Source: an uncultured cyanobacterium (GTDB lineage: Bacteria > Cyanobacteriota > Cyanobacteriia > Cyanobacteriales > Nostocaceae). Taken from it: a stretch of 64,000 nt of DNA. The position numbers were made by a program, and so were the translations under genes. Location of the stretch: the NCBI GenBank assembly GCA_963706595.1, contig OY970166.1, positions 2,560,001 through 2,624,000 on the forward strand, in the 5' to 3' direction. Below the pieces are notes generated by a model. That model worked only from the letters and a program-made list of their open reading frames with translations, made no database searches and was not told the origin of the DNA. Below are positions 22,037 through 32,764 of this stretch, one piece after another (the stretch's first letter is position 1; every line of letters starts with the position of its first letter).

Positions 22037-23041
22037 ATGACTTTATTAATCGTCGGTGCCACTGGCACCTTAGGAAGACAAGTGGCTCGTCGTGCTATCG
22101 ATGAGGGGCATAAAGTACGCTGTCTGGTGCGGAGTCCTAAAAGAGCTGCATTTCTCAAAGAATGGGGTGCGGAATTAGTGCGGGGAGATTTGTGTAACCC
22201 CGAAAGCCTCACAGCAGCGCTGTCAGGTGTAACAGCAGTCATTGATGCGGCAACATCTCGTGCTACAGATTCACTGACTATTAAACAAGTCGATTGGGAT
22301 GGACAGGTAGCATTAATTCAAGCTGCCAAAGCTGCGGGTGTAGAACGTTTTATATTCTTTTCTATTCTTGATGCCGAGAAGTATCCTGAAGTGCCACTGA
22401 TGGAAATTAAGCGGTGTACAGAAGTATTTTTAGCTGAATCTGGTATAAATTACACAATTTTACGGTTAGCTGGCTTTATGCAAGGCTTAATCGGTCAATA
22501 TGGTATTCCGATTTTGGAAAATCAACCGGTTTGGGTAACTGGTAATTCTTCGCCCGTGGCTTATATGGACACTTTGGACATTGCTAAATTTGCAATTCGC
22601 AGTTTGAGTGTGCCAGAAACCCAGAATAAAGCTTTCCCTGTAGTGGGTACTCGCCCTTGGAGTGCTGAAGAAATCATTGGTTTGTGTGAGCGTTTGTCGG
22701 GTAAAGATGCCAGAATCACCCGAATGCCAATTAACCTGCTGCGTACCATCCGCCGCATCATCCGCTTCTTTCAGTGGGGCTGGAACGTTGCAGACAGATT
22801 GGAGTTTACAGAAGTCTTAGCCAGTGGTAGACCGTTAAATGCGCCAATGGATGAGGTATACCAAGTTTTTGGCTTAGACCAAGGACAAACCACAACTCTG
22901 GAAAGCTACCTGCAAGAGTATTTCAGTCGCATTATGAAGAAGCTCAAAGAGTTAGACTACGAGAAAACTAAATCGAGAAACAAAAAACAGAAGCCGAAAA
23001 AAACTCCCTTTAAACAATCTTCCAAAGCTAATAGTCAATAA
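22037..23041 (+). CDS. ycf39: Ycf39 SDR-family PSII assembly factor
   Basis: GATGTLGRQV, AAFLKEWGAELV, VPLMEIK. Confidence 0.85.
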   Translation: MTLLIVGATGTLGRQVARRAIDEGHKVRCLVRSPKRAAFLKEWGAELVRGDLCNPESLTAALSGVTAVIDAATSRATDSLTIKQVDWDGQVALIQAAKAAGVERFIFFSILDAEKYPEVPLMEIKRCTEVFLAESGINYTILRLAGFMQGLIGQYGIPILENQPVWVTGNSSPVAYMDTLDIAKFAIRSLSVPETQNKAFPVVGTRPWSAEEIIGLCERLSGKDARITRMPINLLRTIRRIIRFFQWGWNVADRLEFTEVLASGRPLNAPMDEVYQVFGLDQGQTTTLESYLQEYFSRIMKKLKELDYEKTKSRNKKQKPKKTPFKQSSKANSQ

Positions 23042-23043
23042 AA

Positions 23044-23160
23044 TTATTAGTCATTAGTCATTGGTCATTGGTCATTAGTCATTAGTCATTGGGAAGTTTA
23101 TTCTCCCCTGCCCCCTGCCCCCTGCCCCCGTTCCTCTTCTCCCCCCTGCCCCCCTGCCTC
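23044..23160. repeat. STRR2-type (TTAGTCA/TTGGTCA) and CCCCCTG heptamer tandem repeats
   Basis: About 6 TTRGTCA units followed by CCCCTGC units. Confidence 0.85.
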
Positions 23161-23258
23161 TTCAGGGGTTTGAGCTAATTTTTTTCGAGACTAATGACTA
23201 CATTGCCCAAAATATGTCACGATGACAGAAGTAAAAAGCATCTTTTAATCTTGGATAT

Positions 23259-24182
23259 TTGAGTGTGCCGAAAGCAGGCATTATTTACAATGACGTTAAA
23301 CCGATAGCGGCTCGCATCGCTATCGAACTGAAAGACAGTCTCACCGCAGCCGGTTGGGATGTAGTTGTCACCAGAAGTATTGGTGGTATATTGGGCTACT
23401 CTAACCCAGAGAGTCCTGTGTGCCACACGCCCATTGAAGGACTGACTCCTCCTGGTTTTGACTCAGAAATGAAGTTTGCTGTGGTCTTAGGGGGAGATGG
23501 CACTGTTTTAGCAGCTTCGCGTCTAGTCGCTCCGGCTGGTATTCCCCTGTTAACGGTGAATACTGGTCACATGGGATTTTTGACGGAAACTTACATAAAT
23601 CAACTGCCGCAAGCCATAGAGATGGCAATGGCGGGTGATTTTGAAATCGAAGAACAATCCATGCTCACCGTGAAGGTGTTTCGCGGTGAGTCTGTGTTGT
23701 GGGAAGCTTTGTGCTTAAACGAAATGGTTTTGCATCGAGAACCATTAACTTCGATGTGCCATTTTGAAATTGCGGTAGGGCGACACGCACCAGTGGATAT
23801 TGCTGCCGATGGTGTGATAGTTTCTACCCCCACAGGTTCCACAGCTTATTCATTAAGCGCTGGTGGTCCGGTGATCACTCCGGGTGTACCTGTGTTGCAG
23901 TTAGTCCCCATTTGTCCCCACTCCCTAGCTTCCAGGGCGTTGGTATTTCCAGATACGGAAATAGTCAACATTTACGCAGTTAATATTCCTCGACTGGTGA
24001 TGGTAGTAGATGGGAATGGGGGATGTTATATTTTCCCAGAAGATCGGGTAAATTTAGAGCGATCGCACTACAAAGTCCGATTCATTCGCCTACAACCTCC
24101 GGAATTCTTCCGCATTTTGCGAGAAAAGCTCGGTTGGGGTCTACCACATATCGCCAAACCAACATCAGTAGAGTTACCCTAG
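23259..24182 (+). CDS. nadK: NAD(+) kinase
   Basis: [24 protein letters not shown]. Confidence 0.93.
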   Translation: MSVPKAGIIYNDVKPIAARIAIELKDSLTAAGWDVVVTRSIGGILGYSNPESPVCHTPIEGLTPPGFDSEMKFAVVLGGDGTVLAASRLVAPAGIPLLTVNTGHMGFLTETYINQLPQAIEMAMAGDFEIEEQSMLTVKVFRGESVLWEALCLNEMVLHREPLTSMCHFEIAVGRHAPVDIAADGVIVSTPTGSTAYSLSAGGPVITPGVPVLQLVPICPHSLASRALVFPDTEIVNIYAVNIPRLVMVVDGNGGCYIFPEDRVNLERSHYKVRFIRLQPPEFFRILREKLGWGLPHIAKPTSVELP

Positions 24183-24383
24183 TACCGCAGGGCTACCGTA
24201 GGACGGAAGTCAAAAGTCAAACAATTTTAGATTTTAGATTTTAGATTTTAGATTTTAGATTGACACCACAGATAAATCTGGGGGCTTGTACCATTAAGGA
24301 ACTATTGGTCAAAAGTCAAAAGTCTTGATTTTGGGATTTGGAAATTTTTGAACTGGTATACCTATATACGCCTTGCGGTAATA
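24180..24383. mobile_element. MITE-like element with TAGTACCGC-type ends and internal heptamers
   Basis: Left end TAGTACCGCAGGGC, right end GCCTTGCGGTAATA; internal AAAAGTC and ATTTTAG heptamers; relatives at about 44208-44320 and 45440-45607. Confidence 0.65.
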
Positions 24384-24631
24384 GTACAAATAAATCAGCT
24401 TCGTTAAATATAGCGATCGCGCTATAAGTCCACAATCAAATTCTCAAACACCATCAGGAATTAGGAATCAGGGATAAAAATTGCATCTGATAACTCAATG
24501 GCTGATACTTAACTGTGTTAAAACACTCAGCATTACCATCAGAAAAAGCCGCAATTAAATATCTAGCTGATTTATGGACTTTCTTCTGAAGGTCTAGACA
24601 ATCTCAAATCCCCAATCCAAGATTCCAAATT

Positions 24632-25321
24632 ATGATGACAATTGCTCACAGTCCCTGTGTTCTGGTGATTGAAACCGATGAAAGTTTAGCAAATCAGTTG
24701 TCCTTTGATTTGCGAGAAGCCGGTTATGAAGCGATTTTGGCTAATGATGCAGCTAGCGGTTTACAATACTGTCGCGATCGCCAACCTGCTTTAATTGTTG
24801 TAGACCGGATGCTCTCAGGAGAATCAGGACTCTCGCTGTGTAGAAATCTCAGAACTGCTGGGATGTGCGCCCCTGTTTTGGTACTCATGGCCAGAGATAC
24901 AGTAGATGACCGGGTAGCTTGTTTAGAAGCTGGGGCTGATGATTACGTCCTCAAGCCTTATCGCCCAGAAGACTTTTTGAAGTTGATTCGCCTCTATTTA
25001 AAACCTGAAGTTGATACCAGCGAACAGTTACGCTTTGGGGATTTAATTTTAGATGTCGCCACCCGTCGCGCCATACATAACGGGCGGACAATTGACTTAA
25101 CCATGAAAGAATTTGAACTCTTAAAATTCTTAATGGAACACCCCCGCGAAGTATTAACCCGCGAACAAATTTTGGAAAATGTTTGGGGTTACGACTTTAT
25201 GGGTGAGTCGAATGTCATAGAAGTTTACATCCGCTATTTACGCCTCAAAATTGAAGATGAAAGTCACAAGCGTCTGATTCAAACAGTGCGCGGTGTGGGC
25301 TATGTTTTACGTGAGTCTTAA
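24632..25321 (+). CDS. nblR: OmpR-family regulator, NblR-like (atypical receiver)
   Basis: Degenerate acidic pocket (VIETDE); NVIEVYIRYLRLK winged helix; neighbours NAD kinase. Confidence 0.65.
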   Translation: MMTIAHSPCVLVIETDESLANQLSFDLREAGYEAILANDAASGLQYCRDRQPALIVVDRMLSGESGLSLCRNLRTAGMCAPVLVLMARDTVDDRVACLEAGADDYVLKPYRPEDFLKLIRLYLKPEVDTSEQLRFGDLILDVATRRAIHNGRTIDLTMKEFELLKFLMEHPREVLTREQILENVWGYDFMGESNVIEVYIRYLRLKIEDESHKRLIQTVRGVGYVLRES

Positions 25322-25360
25322 AGTTAAGATTAAAATTACCGCAAAAATTAGGAATTAAAT

Positions 25361-25726
25361 ATGGCAGATGCAAAAAACGTACTAGGGACAGACCTGGAGA
25401 GTTGCTGTACATCTCCCATGACTGGCTATTACCGCGACGGGTTTTGTACTACAGGTGGTCAAGATTTTGGGATGCACGTTGTTTGCGCCCAAGTCACAGC
25501 AGAATTTTTAGAATATACCAAATTGCAGGGGAATGACCTCAGCACACCAGTTCCCCAATTTAATTTTCCCGGATTACGGCCAGGCGATCGCTGGTGTTTA
25601 TGTGCAGCACGTTGGCAAGAAGCCTTAGAAGCTGGGGTTGCGCCTCCAGTTGTCCTTGCAGCCACCCATGCTAGAGCCATAGAAGCCTGTTCTCTAGAAG
25701 ATTTACAAAAACACGCCGTAAACTAA
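25361..25726 (+). CDS. DUF2237 family protein
   Basis: NVLG..L..C, TGYYRDGFC, PGLRPGDRWCLCAARW. Confidence 0.85.
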   Translation: MADAKNVLGTDLESCCTSPMTGYYRDGFCTTGGQDFGMHVVCAQVTAEFLEYTKLQGNDLSTPVPQFNFPGLRPGDRWCLCAARWQEALEAGVAPPVVLAATHARAIEACSLEDLQKHAVN

Positions 25727-25832
25727 TATTTTGTCAAAAAATAATTGACGGATATATTTTCTGTAGAGACGGCGATTTATCGCGTCTCTCCAACCGTCAA
25801 AATAGTTTTGATAGACTACTAGGCATCGGGTA

Positions 25833-27230
25833 TCAATCAGGTAAGTTACGCGGCGGTACAGTTCTCCCCTCGTAAAATTGCTTCTCAAGTTTAGTCAGTC
25901 CTAACCATGCGGCTCCAAGGACCAGGGGTGTGATAGTCTCAAGGGCAACGGCTAAAACTGACGTAGTATCAAAATATAGTCCCAATATGGGAATACTTGC
26001 TAAAGCCAATACGGCGATAATTCCACACCAAAATCTTAGGCGTTTAATCTGTGCGATCGCACCTCGACAACTGGCACAATGGACAGTATGAGAATGATAC
26101 CTCTCTAACAAATCTTCTTTAAATATTGCTGGCGGGAAACTTTCACCCGGAAAAGGTTCAGCCTTGTATTGGTTCACCCACTGACGCAACTCAAACACAA
26201 AACTATCAGCTTTAGTAGCTAGATAAAACGCCTTAGTAAAATTAGCGCTACCCCCCTTCGCTGCTAAATAACGTTCTTGATAGTGCAGAAAAATTTGGTC
26301 ATCTTCCAAAACACCATTTTGTCCAATATGAACGTACCAGCGTGGTCTCAGCTTAATCAATAACCCCGGTAGTTTCGAGGGAAACTTAAAGGGAAAACGA
26401 GCAAATAAACGACACTCGCCCTTACGGATAGGTGTAGCATAAACACTTGTGATAACTCTGCCACGATCCGAGTTAATATCATGCCACATCAAAGCCGGGG
26501 CGACAAAGGTTGTCGATAACTTTCCCGTTTGATTAGGTTTTAAACCTTGCTTCCAAATGCCCTTAAATCCTTGTTTTCCCGATTCCACTACCTCCAAACC
26601 CAAAGGTGCTGCATTCTTCCTATTGCCCACCGTTTCATGATGTGTGAAAGATATATGACTGGGGTCGAGGATATTTTCCAGCAATGTCAGGGCATCATAA
26701 GGGACATCTCTAAAAGTGTTAATTACTACCCAACCCTCAGAAGATTCTTGCAGGGGTTCAATCACAGGGACTTTGGTGTTTGTCGCATTTTCAGGTTTAC
26801 CGGCGAACACAAATAATAGTCCTTGGCGTTCCGTGGTGGGTAAAGATGTCGCACAAGCACGTTTAGAAATCTCTGCTGTTCCACCTGCGACTTGTTGGGG
26901 AATGCGTTGACAATGACCATCTCCAGAGAAAGACCAACCGTGGTAAGGACACTCTAACAGCCCATCTTCGTTAATTCTACCTTCAGAAAGCGGTGCTAAA
27001 CGGTGAGGACATTGGTCTACAAAAGCTTGCCAAGATTGAGTTTTTCTATCCCACCAAATGACAATATCTTTACCCAGTAAAGTAAACGGTGTAGGTTTGG
27101 ATTTCTCTAAATCTTCCAGGTAGTGGACAGGATACCATGCTTCTTGCCAATCAAAGCAATCAGGATCATCACCACCGGGAAAGATTTCTTCTACAGAATT
27201 ATTGCCTAAATTAGGCTTGATCTCCAGCAT
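25833..27230 (-). CDS. Rieske non-heme iron oxygenase, pheophorbide a oxygenase/Tic55-like
   Basis: CPHRLAPLSEG..CPYHGW Rieske motif; ENILDPSH..H iron site; HTVHCASC; C-terminal TM helices. Confidence 0.85.
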   Translation of the reverse strand: MLEIKPNLGNNSVEEIFPGGDDPDCFDWQEAWYPVHYLEDLEKSKPTPFTLLGKDIVIWWDRKTQSWQAFVDQCPHRLAPLSEGRINEDGLLECPYHGWSFSGDGHCQRIPQQVAGGTAEISKRACATSLPTTERQGLLFVFAGKPENATNTKVPVIEPLQESSEGWVVINTFRDVPYDALTLLENILDPSHISFTHHETVGNRKNAAPLGLEVVESGKQGFKGIWKQGLKPNQTGKLSTTFVAPALMWHDINSDRGRVITSVYATPIRKGECRLFARFPFKFPSKLPGLLIKLRPRWYVHIGQNGVLEDDQIFLHYQERYLAAKGGSANFTKAFYLATKADSFVFELRQWVNQYKAEPFPGESFPPAIFKEDLLERYHSHTVHCASCRGAIAQIKRLRFWCGIIAVLALASIPILGLYFDTTSVLAVALETITPLVLGAAWLGLTKLEKQFYEGRTVPPRNLPD

Positions 27231-27391
27231 TTTCTTAAATTAGAAATTTTAATTAAAAGTGATAATAAAATGTATTTTTGGTGTTGGCTTTCCTTCCATT
27301 GCTCCGCAACGCTAAAGCTAACAACCCAACCAACTTTAATTATACAGCTATTTTTAAGTAAATAGACCACGCGGTAGGGGCGCAAGATGTA

Positions 27392-27516
27392 AATTACAGC
27401 AATTTTCATGTAATTAGACCACGCGCTGATATCTGTATTTCTTTCTTCCTTTGCGCCTTTGCGCCTTTGCGTGAGATATAAAGATGTAGTTCATTTAGCT
27501 GAAAATCGCTGTAATT
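27392..27516. mobile_element. 125-bp MITE-like element with 17-bp terminal inverted repeats
   Basis: AATTACAGCAATTTTCA ... TGAAAATCGCTGTAATT (1 mismatch); related ends at about 27342 and about 15525-15554. Confidence 0.7.
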
Positions 27517-27538
27517 CTTCTCCAACCTCAAAAGTCAA

Positions 27539-27997
27539 TTAACGTCGCGCCTTCTTCTCAAAATACTGCTGATGTTCTGCTGTGGCTAAATAGTATTCAC
27601 TAGCAGGTTTAATTTGGGTGACAATATTTTGCTCAAATTTGCCAGACATCTGAAGTTTTGCCTTTGACTGCTGCGCCATTTCCGACTGCTGCGCGTTGTG
27701 GCAAAATATCACAGACCTATATTGTTCTCCTTTATCTGCACCTTGGCGGTTGAGAGTCGTCGGGTCATGGATACCCCAAAAAACCGCTAGCAAATCATCA
27801 TAACTTACAGATTTAGGGTCATACTCCACCTGCACAACTTCCGCATGACCTGTAATTCTCGATAACACATCCAAATAACACGGGTTAGGAAAATGCCCAC
27901 CCATGTAACCAACTGAGGTTGATTTTACCCCTTCCACCTTGCGAAATGCTGCCTCCACTCCCCAAAAACAGCCAGCACCAAAGGTCGCTTTTTCCAT
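27539..27997 (-). CDS. msrA: Peptide methionine sulfoxide reductase A
   Basis: GAGCFWGVE, TGHAEVV, HDPTTLNRQG, EHQQYF. Confidence 0.93.
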   Translation of the reverse strand: MEKATFGAGCFWGVEAAFRKVEGVKSTSVGYMGGHFPNPCYLDVLSRITGHAEVVQVEYDPKSVSYDDLLAVFWGIHDPTTLNRQGADKGEQYRSVIFCHNAQQSEMAQQSKAKLQMSGKFEQNIVTQIKPASEYYLATAEHQQYFEKKARR

Positions 27998-28042
27998 AAC
28001 AGTTTGCAATTTGAATTCTTTGAAAATACTAACGTGCTGGCT

Positions 28043-28171
28043 GAGGATGTTTTAAACAAGCATAGGGACTTACTCGAAATAAAGATGCATAAAAAGAACC
28101 CCTCCCTAACCCTCCCCGCAAGCGAGGAGGGAACCGGATTTTTGTGGTGTAGTGAATTTTAAAACATCCTC
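28043..28171. mobile_element. 129-bp MITE-like element with perfect 14-bp terminal inverted repeats
   Basis: GAGGATGTTTTAAA ... TTTAAAACATCCTC; encloses a copy of the CCCTCCCCGCAAGCGAGGAGGG repeat. Confidence 0.7.
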
Positions 28172-28185
28172 TGAAAATCAAATCT

Positions 28186-29721
28186 TCAAGTTTGCTTCTG
28201 ATATACAGGTGCAAGCCCATCAATCGCCGGGCCATTGATTACCTTACCCTTAGCACCAAACCGTGAACCATGACAAGGACAATCCCAAGTTTGTTCGGAA
28301 GAATTCCAAGCAACGATACATTTCAAATGGCTACAGACTGCGGAATGCTCATGTAAAGTGCCGTTTTCGTCTCGGTAGGCGGCGATTTTAGTTAAACCCT
28401 GACGCACCACTGCACCTGTCCCGGCGGGAATCTTTTCTACAGAATCAACTTCCCCTGGTGTTATCCAATCTAAATACTGAGCAGCAATGTTAATATTCTC
28501 AGAGACAAAATCACCTGTTGCGCCAATTCTGGTTCTTAATGGGTCGTAAACTTCAGCCCAGGTATTTCTTCGCCCCAAAATCAGATCATTGAGCAGCATT
28601 CCGGCAATTGTGCCGTGGGTCATGCCTAAACCTGTATCACCAGTGGCGATGTAAATATTATCCTCATCTAGGGGGTTTTTGCCAATGTAGGCAATGCCAT
28701 CATCAGCGTTCATCACTTGACCCGACCAGCGAAATAACCTCTCTGTCGCCATTGGGAAACGTTCTCTTGTCCACACTTCTAGTCTGGCATATCGGGCATC
28801 AGCATCATTAGCTTGTCCGGTTTTGTGGTCTTCGCCACCCACAATCAAAACATCATATTGTTCATCGAGATTTTGCAGGCGGATGTAGTGATAGGGGTCG
28901 AGAGTATCCCAATAAAGGGCTTTGGTAATGGAATCGCGAGGAACTTTGATCCCAATCACAAATGTCATGTAAGCCGCCTGCTTGAAGTGCATGGTAGCTA
29001 AGTTACTAATTGGGGAATTGGTGGCTACAACTACAGCATCAGCTGTAACTACTTGACCATTGCTGGTTTCTACACGGGCAGTTACACCACCTGAAATTTT
29101 TTGTACGTGTGTTCCTGTATAAATTCTCCCGCCACGGCGTTGAATTGCTTGGGCTAATCCGGCTAAGTATTTCAGGGGGTCAAATTGTCCTTGGTGGGGA
29201 AAGCGCAGACACATTCCTGTATCAAAGCCATTTACTGGTGCTTGGGGGACGAGTTCCACACTCGTTAATCCGGCGCGATGTGCTGCGGCTAATTCTTGCT
29301 GCATCTCATCCACAGATTCCAGGTCAGGAGAAAAGAGATAACCGTTGAGTCGCTCAAAGTCACAGTCGATTTGTTCACGAGATGCGATCGCCTGTATAGT
29401 ATCAATTGCTTTGGTATGACTTTCGGCAATCTGTCTTGTCCGCTCTTGCCCGTGAATATCCTCAAGTTCAAAGTAACGATGATACAAGACATTAGAAAGG
29501 TGTGCCGTTGTTCGGCAAGTTTGACCCCCACCAATCGGTCCGTCATCTAGCACTACGACTGATTTACCTTCACGACTTAGCATATAAGCCGTGGACATCC
29601 CCGCCATCCCTGCACCGACGACGCACACATCAGCATGAATGTTTTGGGCTAGTACAGATTGATCTGGTACATCTGCTGTGGTCATCCAAATAGAAGTTGT
29701 TTTCCCAGAGTCGTTTTGCAT
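28186..29721 (-). CDS. FAD-dependent oxidoreductase with C-terminal Rieske domain (YhfW-like)
   Basis: VVGAGMAG FAD motif; CSHLKC..WDCPCHGSRF; likely ATG at 29721. Confidence 0.88.
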   Translation of the reverse strand: MQNDSGKTTSIWMTTADVPDQSVLAQNIHADVCVVGAGMAGMSTAYMLSREGKSVVVLDDGPIGGGQTCRTTAHLSNVLYHRYFELEDIHGQERTRQIAESHTKAIDTIQAIASREQIDCDFERLNGYLFSPDLESVDEMQQELAAAHRAGLTSVELVPQAPVNGFDTGMCLRFPHQGQFDPLKYLAGLAQAIQRRGGRIYTGTHVQKISGGVTARVETSNGQVVTADAVVVATNSPISNLATMHFKQAAYMTFVIGIKVPRDSITKALYWDTLDPYHYIRLQNLDEQYDVLIVGGEDHKTGQANDADARYARLEVWTRERFPMATERLFRWSGQVMNADDGIAYIGKNPLDEDNIYIATGDTGLGMTHGTIAGMLLNDLILGRRNTWAEVYDPLRTRIGATGDFVSENINIAAQYLDWITPGEVDSVEKIPAGTGAVVRQGLTKIAAYRDENGTLHEHSAVCSHLKCIVAWNSSEQTWDCPCHGSRFGAKGKVINGPAIDGLAPVYQKQT

Positions 29722-30210
29722 ATTTTTGTAGTTTTTCAAGTCTAAATTATCTGCTGATAGCAGGTTATTGAAATCATAAATTCTGTACGATTCTAAATCT
29801 AATTTCTTAGTGATATATCTGCTGAATGATAGACTTTGATAATCTACTTTTTTGGTGAATAAATTTTTAAACTTTAATTATATATGATTCCTATTTTAGG
29901 TCTAAGAAAACAGTGAATATCTATCCTTGATTTTATGTCTATTGTTATATATAGACAAGCAAGTATAGCTGCCCCACGGAAGATATTCGCGATTAAATAA
30001 TTTGAACATTCACACAATAATATTCCTTTAGATATATATTTATATAGTAATCATGAAAATTCCCATAAATGTTAATATTTGGCTGTAATATAATTCCAGT
30101 CAATAGCATTTATCAAAAAATATTAATTTTAATTAAAATTATTTTATTTTTATAGTTTAAAACTGCTGAATTACCCAGCCTGAAAGCCAAAATTTAGAGA
30201 AGTTATATAT

Positions 30211-32586
30211 ATGCCACAGTATTTCGGAAAATTACCAGTAACTCACCAACCGTGGACAACTATTGGGACGGTGCAAACTGTCAGAACAAGCGATCGCACT
30301 CTCAGTTTTGTCTGTGGTGATGCACTGCTTACAATCAGCGTACTTGCTGCTAATTTAATCCGTGTACGATTTGCACCAACGGGAAAATTTATACCCCGCC
30401 GTTCTTGGGCGATCGCATTAGATGATTCAGAATGGGCCACAGTACCTTTTGAGGTGAAGGAAACAGAAACAACGGTAGAAATTATTACCGTCCAAATTCG
30501 GGTGTGTGTCCACAAGCAAAACTGCCAGATTACTTGCTTTGACAAAGCTAATCGTCCCTTTGCCCAAGATGCAGAAATGAGTATGAGTTGGCGCATGGGT
30601 GCTGTTGCAGGATGGAAAAAAATTGCCCCCAATGAACATTTTTATGGCTTTGGTGAACGCACAGGTTTTCTGGATAAACTCAGCGAAGTTAAAACTAACT
30701 GGACGGTGGATGCTTTAGATTATGATGCCCTCACTGATGCCATGTACCAAGCTATCCCGTTTTTTATGGCTTTGCGTCCTGATGTGGGTTACGGTATCTT
30801 TTTAAATTCCACTTTCTGGAGTCAGTTCGATATTGGTGTAGAACAACCTGATATCTGGAAGATGGAAACTCATGGCAATGAATTAGATTATTACATTATT
30901 TATGGTCCCGAACCTGCTCAAATTTTGCGTACATACACGCACTTAACTGGGCGGATGTCGCTACCGCCAAAATGGTCTTTAGGCTATCATCAATGTCGTT
31001 GGAGTTACGACTCCGAAAACGTAGTCCGGGAACTGGCGCGAGAATTTCGCCAACGCCGCATTCCTTGCGATGTCATTCACCTCGATATTGATTATATGCA
31101 GGGTTATCGGGTGTTTACTTGGAGTCCTAAACGCTTCTCTAACCCAGAAAAAATGATTGCTGATTTGGCTGGAGATGGTTTTAAAACAGTCACAATTATC
31201 GATCCAGGTGTGAAGTATGAACCAGAAGCTAATTATCATGTTTTCGACCAAGGAATAGATAACGATTATTTTGTGCGTAAAGCTGATGGTGTCTTGTTTC
31301 ACGGCTATGTTTGGCCGGATAAAGCTGTGTTTCCTGACTTTTTGCGGTCTGATGTGAGTAACTGGTGGGGTGATTTACACAAAAGTTTAACTGATATCGG
31401 TGTGGCGGGAATTTGGAACGATATGAATGAACCTGCTATAGATGATCGTCCTTTTGGGGATGGTGGTCAAAAAATCTGCTTTCCTTTGGATGCACCGCAG
31501 GGAGGAAATACAAATAACTTTCAATCTAAAATCCAAAATCCAAAATCTAAAATTGATGCAACTCATGGGGAGGTGCATAATTTATATGGTTTGATGATGG
31601 CGAAATCATCTCATCAAGGCTTGAAACGTCATCGTCCTACAGAGCGATCGCTTGTGTTGACGCGTTCAGGTTATGCTGGTGTGCAGCGCTGGTCTGCGGT
31701 GTGGATGGGAGATAACCAATCTTTATGGGAGCATTTGGAAATGTCTTTGCCCATGCTGTGTAATATGGGACTTTCGGGTGTGGCTTTTGTGGGTTGTGAT
31801 ATTGGTGGATTTGCAGGTAACGCTACACCGGAATTATTCGCCCGTTGGATGCAGGTAGGAATGCTTTATCCTTTAATGCGTGGTCACTCAGCTTTATCTA
31901 CAGCTCGTCATGAACCTTGGGTATTTGGAGACTTGGTTGAAAATATCTGTAGAGAGTATATTAATCTGCGTTACCAATTATTACCATACATTTACAATCT
32001 TTTCTGGGAAGCAGCCACAACAGGCGCACCAATTCTTAGACCATTACTATATCATTTCCCTAACGATCCTCAAACTTACAGCCTCTACGATCAAGTTTTA
32101 CTGGGTGCGTCGCTGATGGCTGCACCAATTTACCGCCCTGGAGTTGAGCATCGCTGTGTTTACTTACCTGAAGGGATTTGGTATGACTGGTGGTCTGGTG
32201 AACGTTACGCAGGACCCACCCACATCGTCGCTCATGCACCACTAGAAAAAATGCCTCTTTATGTCCGTAGTGGTGCGATTATTCCCATGCAACCTGTAAC
32301 TCAATATGTTGATGCAGTACCACTGGAATACATCAGGTTACGAGTTTGGCCAGGTAATGGGAGATATACTTTTTTTGAAGATGATGGACATACCTTTGAG
32401 TATGAAAATCAAAATTTTTCCTTGATAAACATACGTATATATACACAAGATTCCCAAACAACCGTGGAAATTGGCGATCGAGAAGGAAAATGGACACCGA
32501 CATCCAGGGAAGTAATTGTAGAACTTGTTGGTGTTGGCGAGCAGCGCTTCCCAGATGATGGTCGGGGACGGACCCTGAAATTTTAA
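30211..32586 (+). CDS. GH31 alpha-glucosidase
   Basis: HLDIDYM, WNDMNEP nucleophile motif, WMGDN acid/base motif. Confidence 0.92.
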   Translation: MPQYFGKLPVTHQPWTTIGTVQTVRTSDRTLSFVCGDALLTISVLAANLIRVRFAPTGKFIPRRSWAIALDDSEWATVPFEVKETETTVEIITVQIRVCVHKQNCQITCFDKANRPFAQDAEMSMSWRMGAVAGWKKIAPNEHFYGFGERTGFLDKLSEVKTNWTVDALDYDALTDAMYQAIPFFMALRPDVGYGIFLNSTFWSQFDIGVEQPDIWKMETHGNELDYYIIYGPEPAQILRTYTHLTGRMSLPPKWSLGYHQCRWSYDSENVVRELAREFRQRRIPCDVIHLDIDYMQGYRVFTWSPKRFSNPEKMIADLAGDGFKTVTIIDPGVKYEPEANYHVFDQGIDNDYFVRKADGVLFHGYVWPDKAVFPDFLRSDVSNWWGDLHKSLTDIGVAGIWNDMNEPAIDDRPFGDGGQKICFPLDAPQGGNTNNFQSKIQNPKSKIDATHGEVHNLYGLMMAKSSHQGLKRHRPTERSLVLTRSGYAGVQRWSAVWMGDNQSLWEHLEMSLPMLCNMGLSGVAFVGCDIGGFAGNATPELFARWMQVGMLYPLMRGHSALSTARHEPWVFGDLVENICREYINLRYQLLPYIYNLFWEAATTGAPILRPLLYHFPNDPQTYSLYDQVLLGASLMAAPIYRPGVEHRCVYLPEGIWYDWWSGERYAGPTHIVAHAPLEKMPLYVRSGAIIPMQPVTQYVDAVPLEYIRLRVWPGNGRYTFFEDDGHTFEYENQNFSLINIRIYTQDSQTTVEIGDREGKWTPTSREVIVELVGVGEQRFPDDGRGRTLKF

Positions 32587-32764
32587 AATTATGTTTAAAG
32601 ATAGATGTTTTTGTGTCCATTATTCTTTAATCTAGATTTTAGAATGAAAAAATATGTATATAGGTAGAGAAAAAATTGCTAAATAGCGGGTAGCCTAAGT
32701 AACTTATAGTTATCTAATTTTTAGTTTTTGAGAAATACTACACATTACTACGCTAGACAGTTGG

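Noticed and set aside
28029..28235. ORF containing PPRLRGGLG, and similar ORFs at 39230-39511, 45440-45673 and 46809-47024
   Set aside because: Translations of dispersed repeats or MITEs
29740..30210. Very AT-rich spacer as a possible origin or foreign DNA
   Set aside because: Consistent with a divergent promoter region; no DnaA-box cluster or iterons recognised
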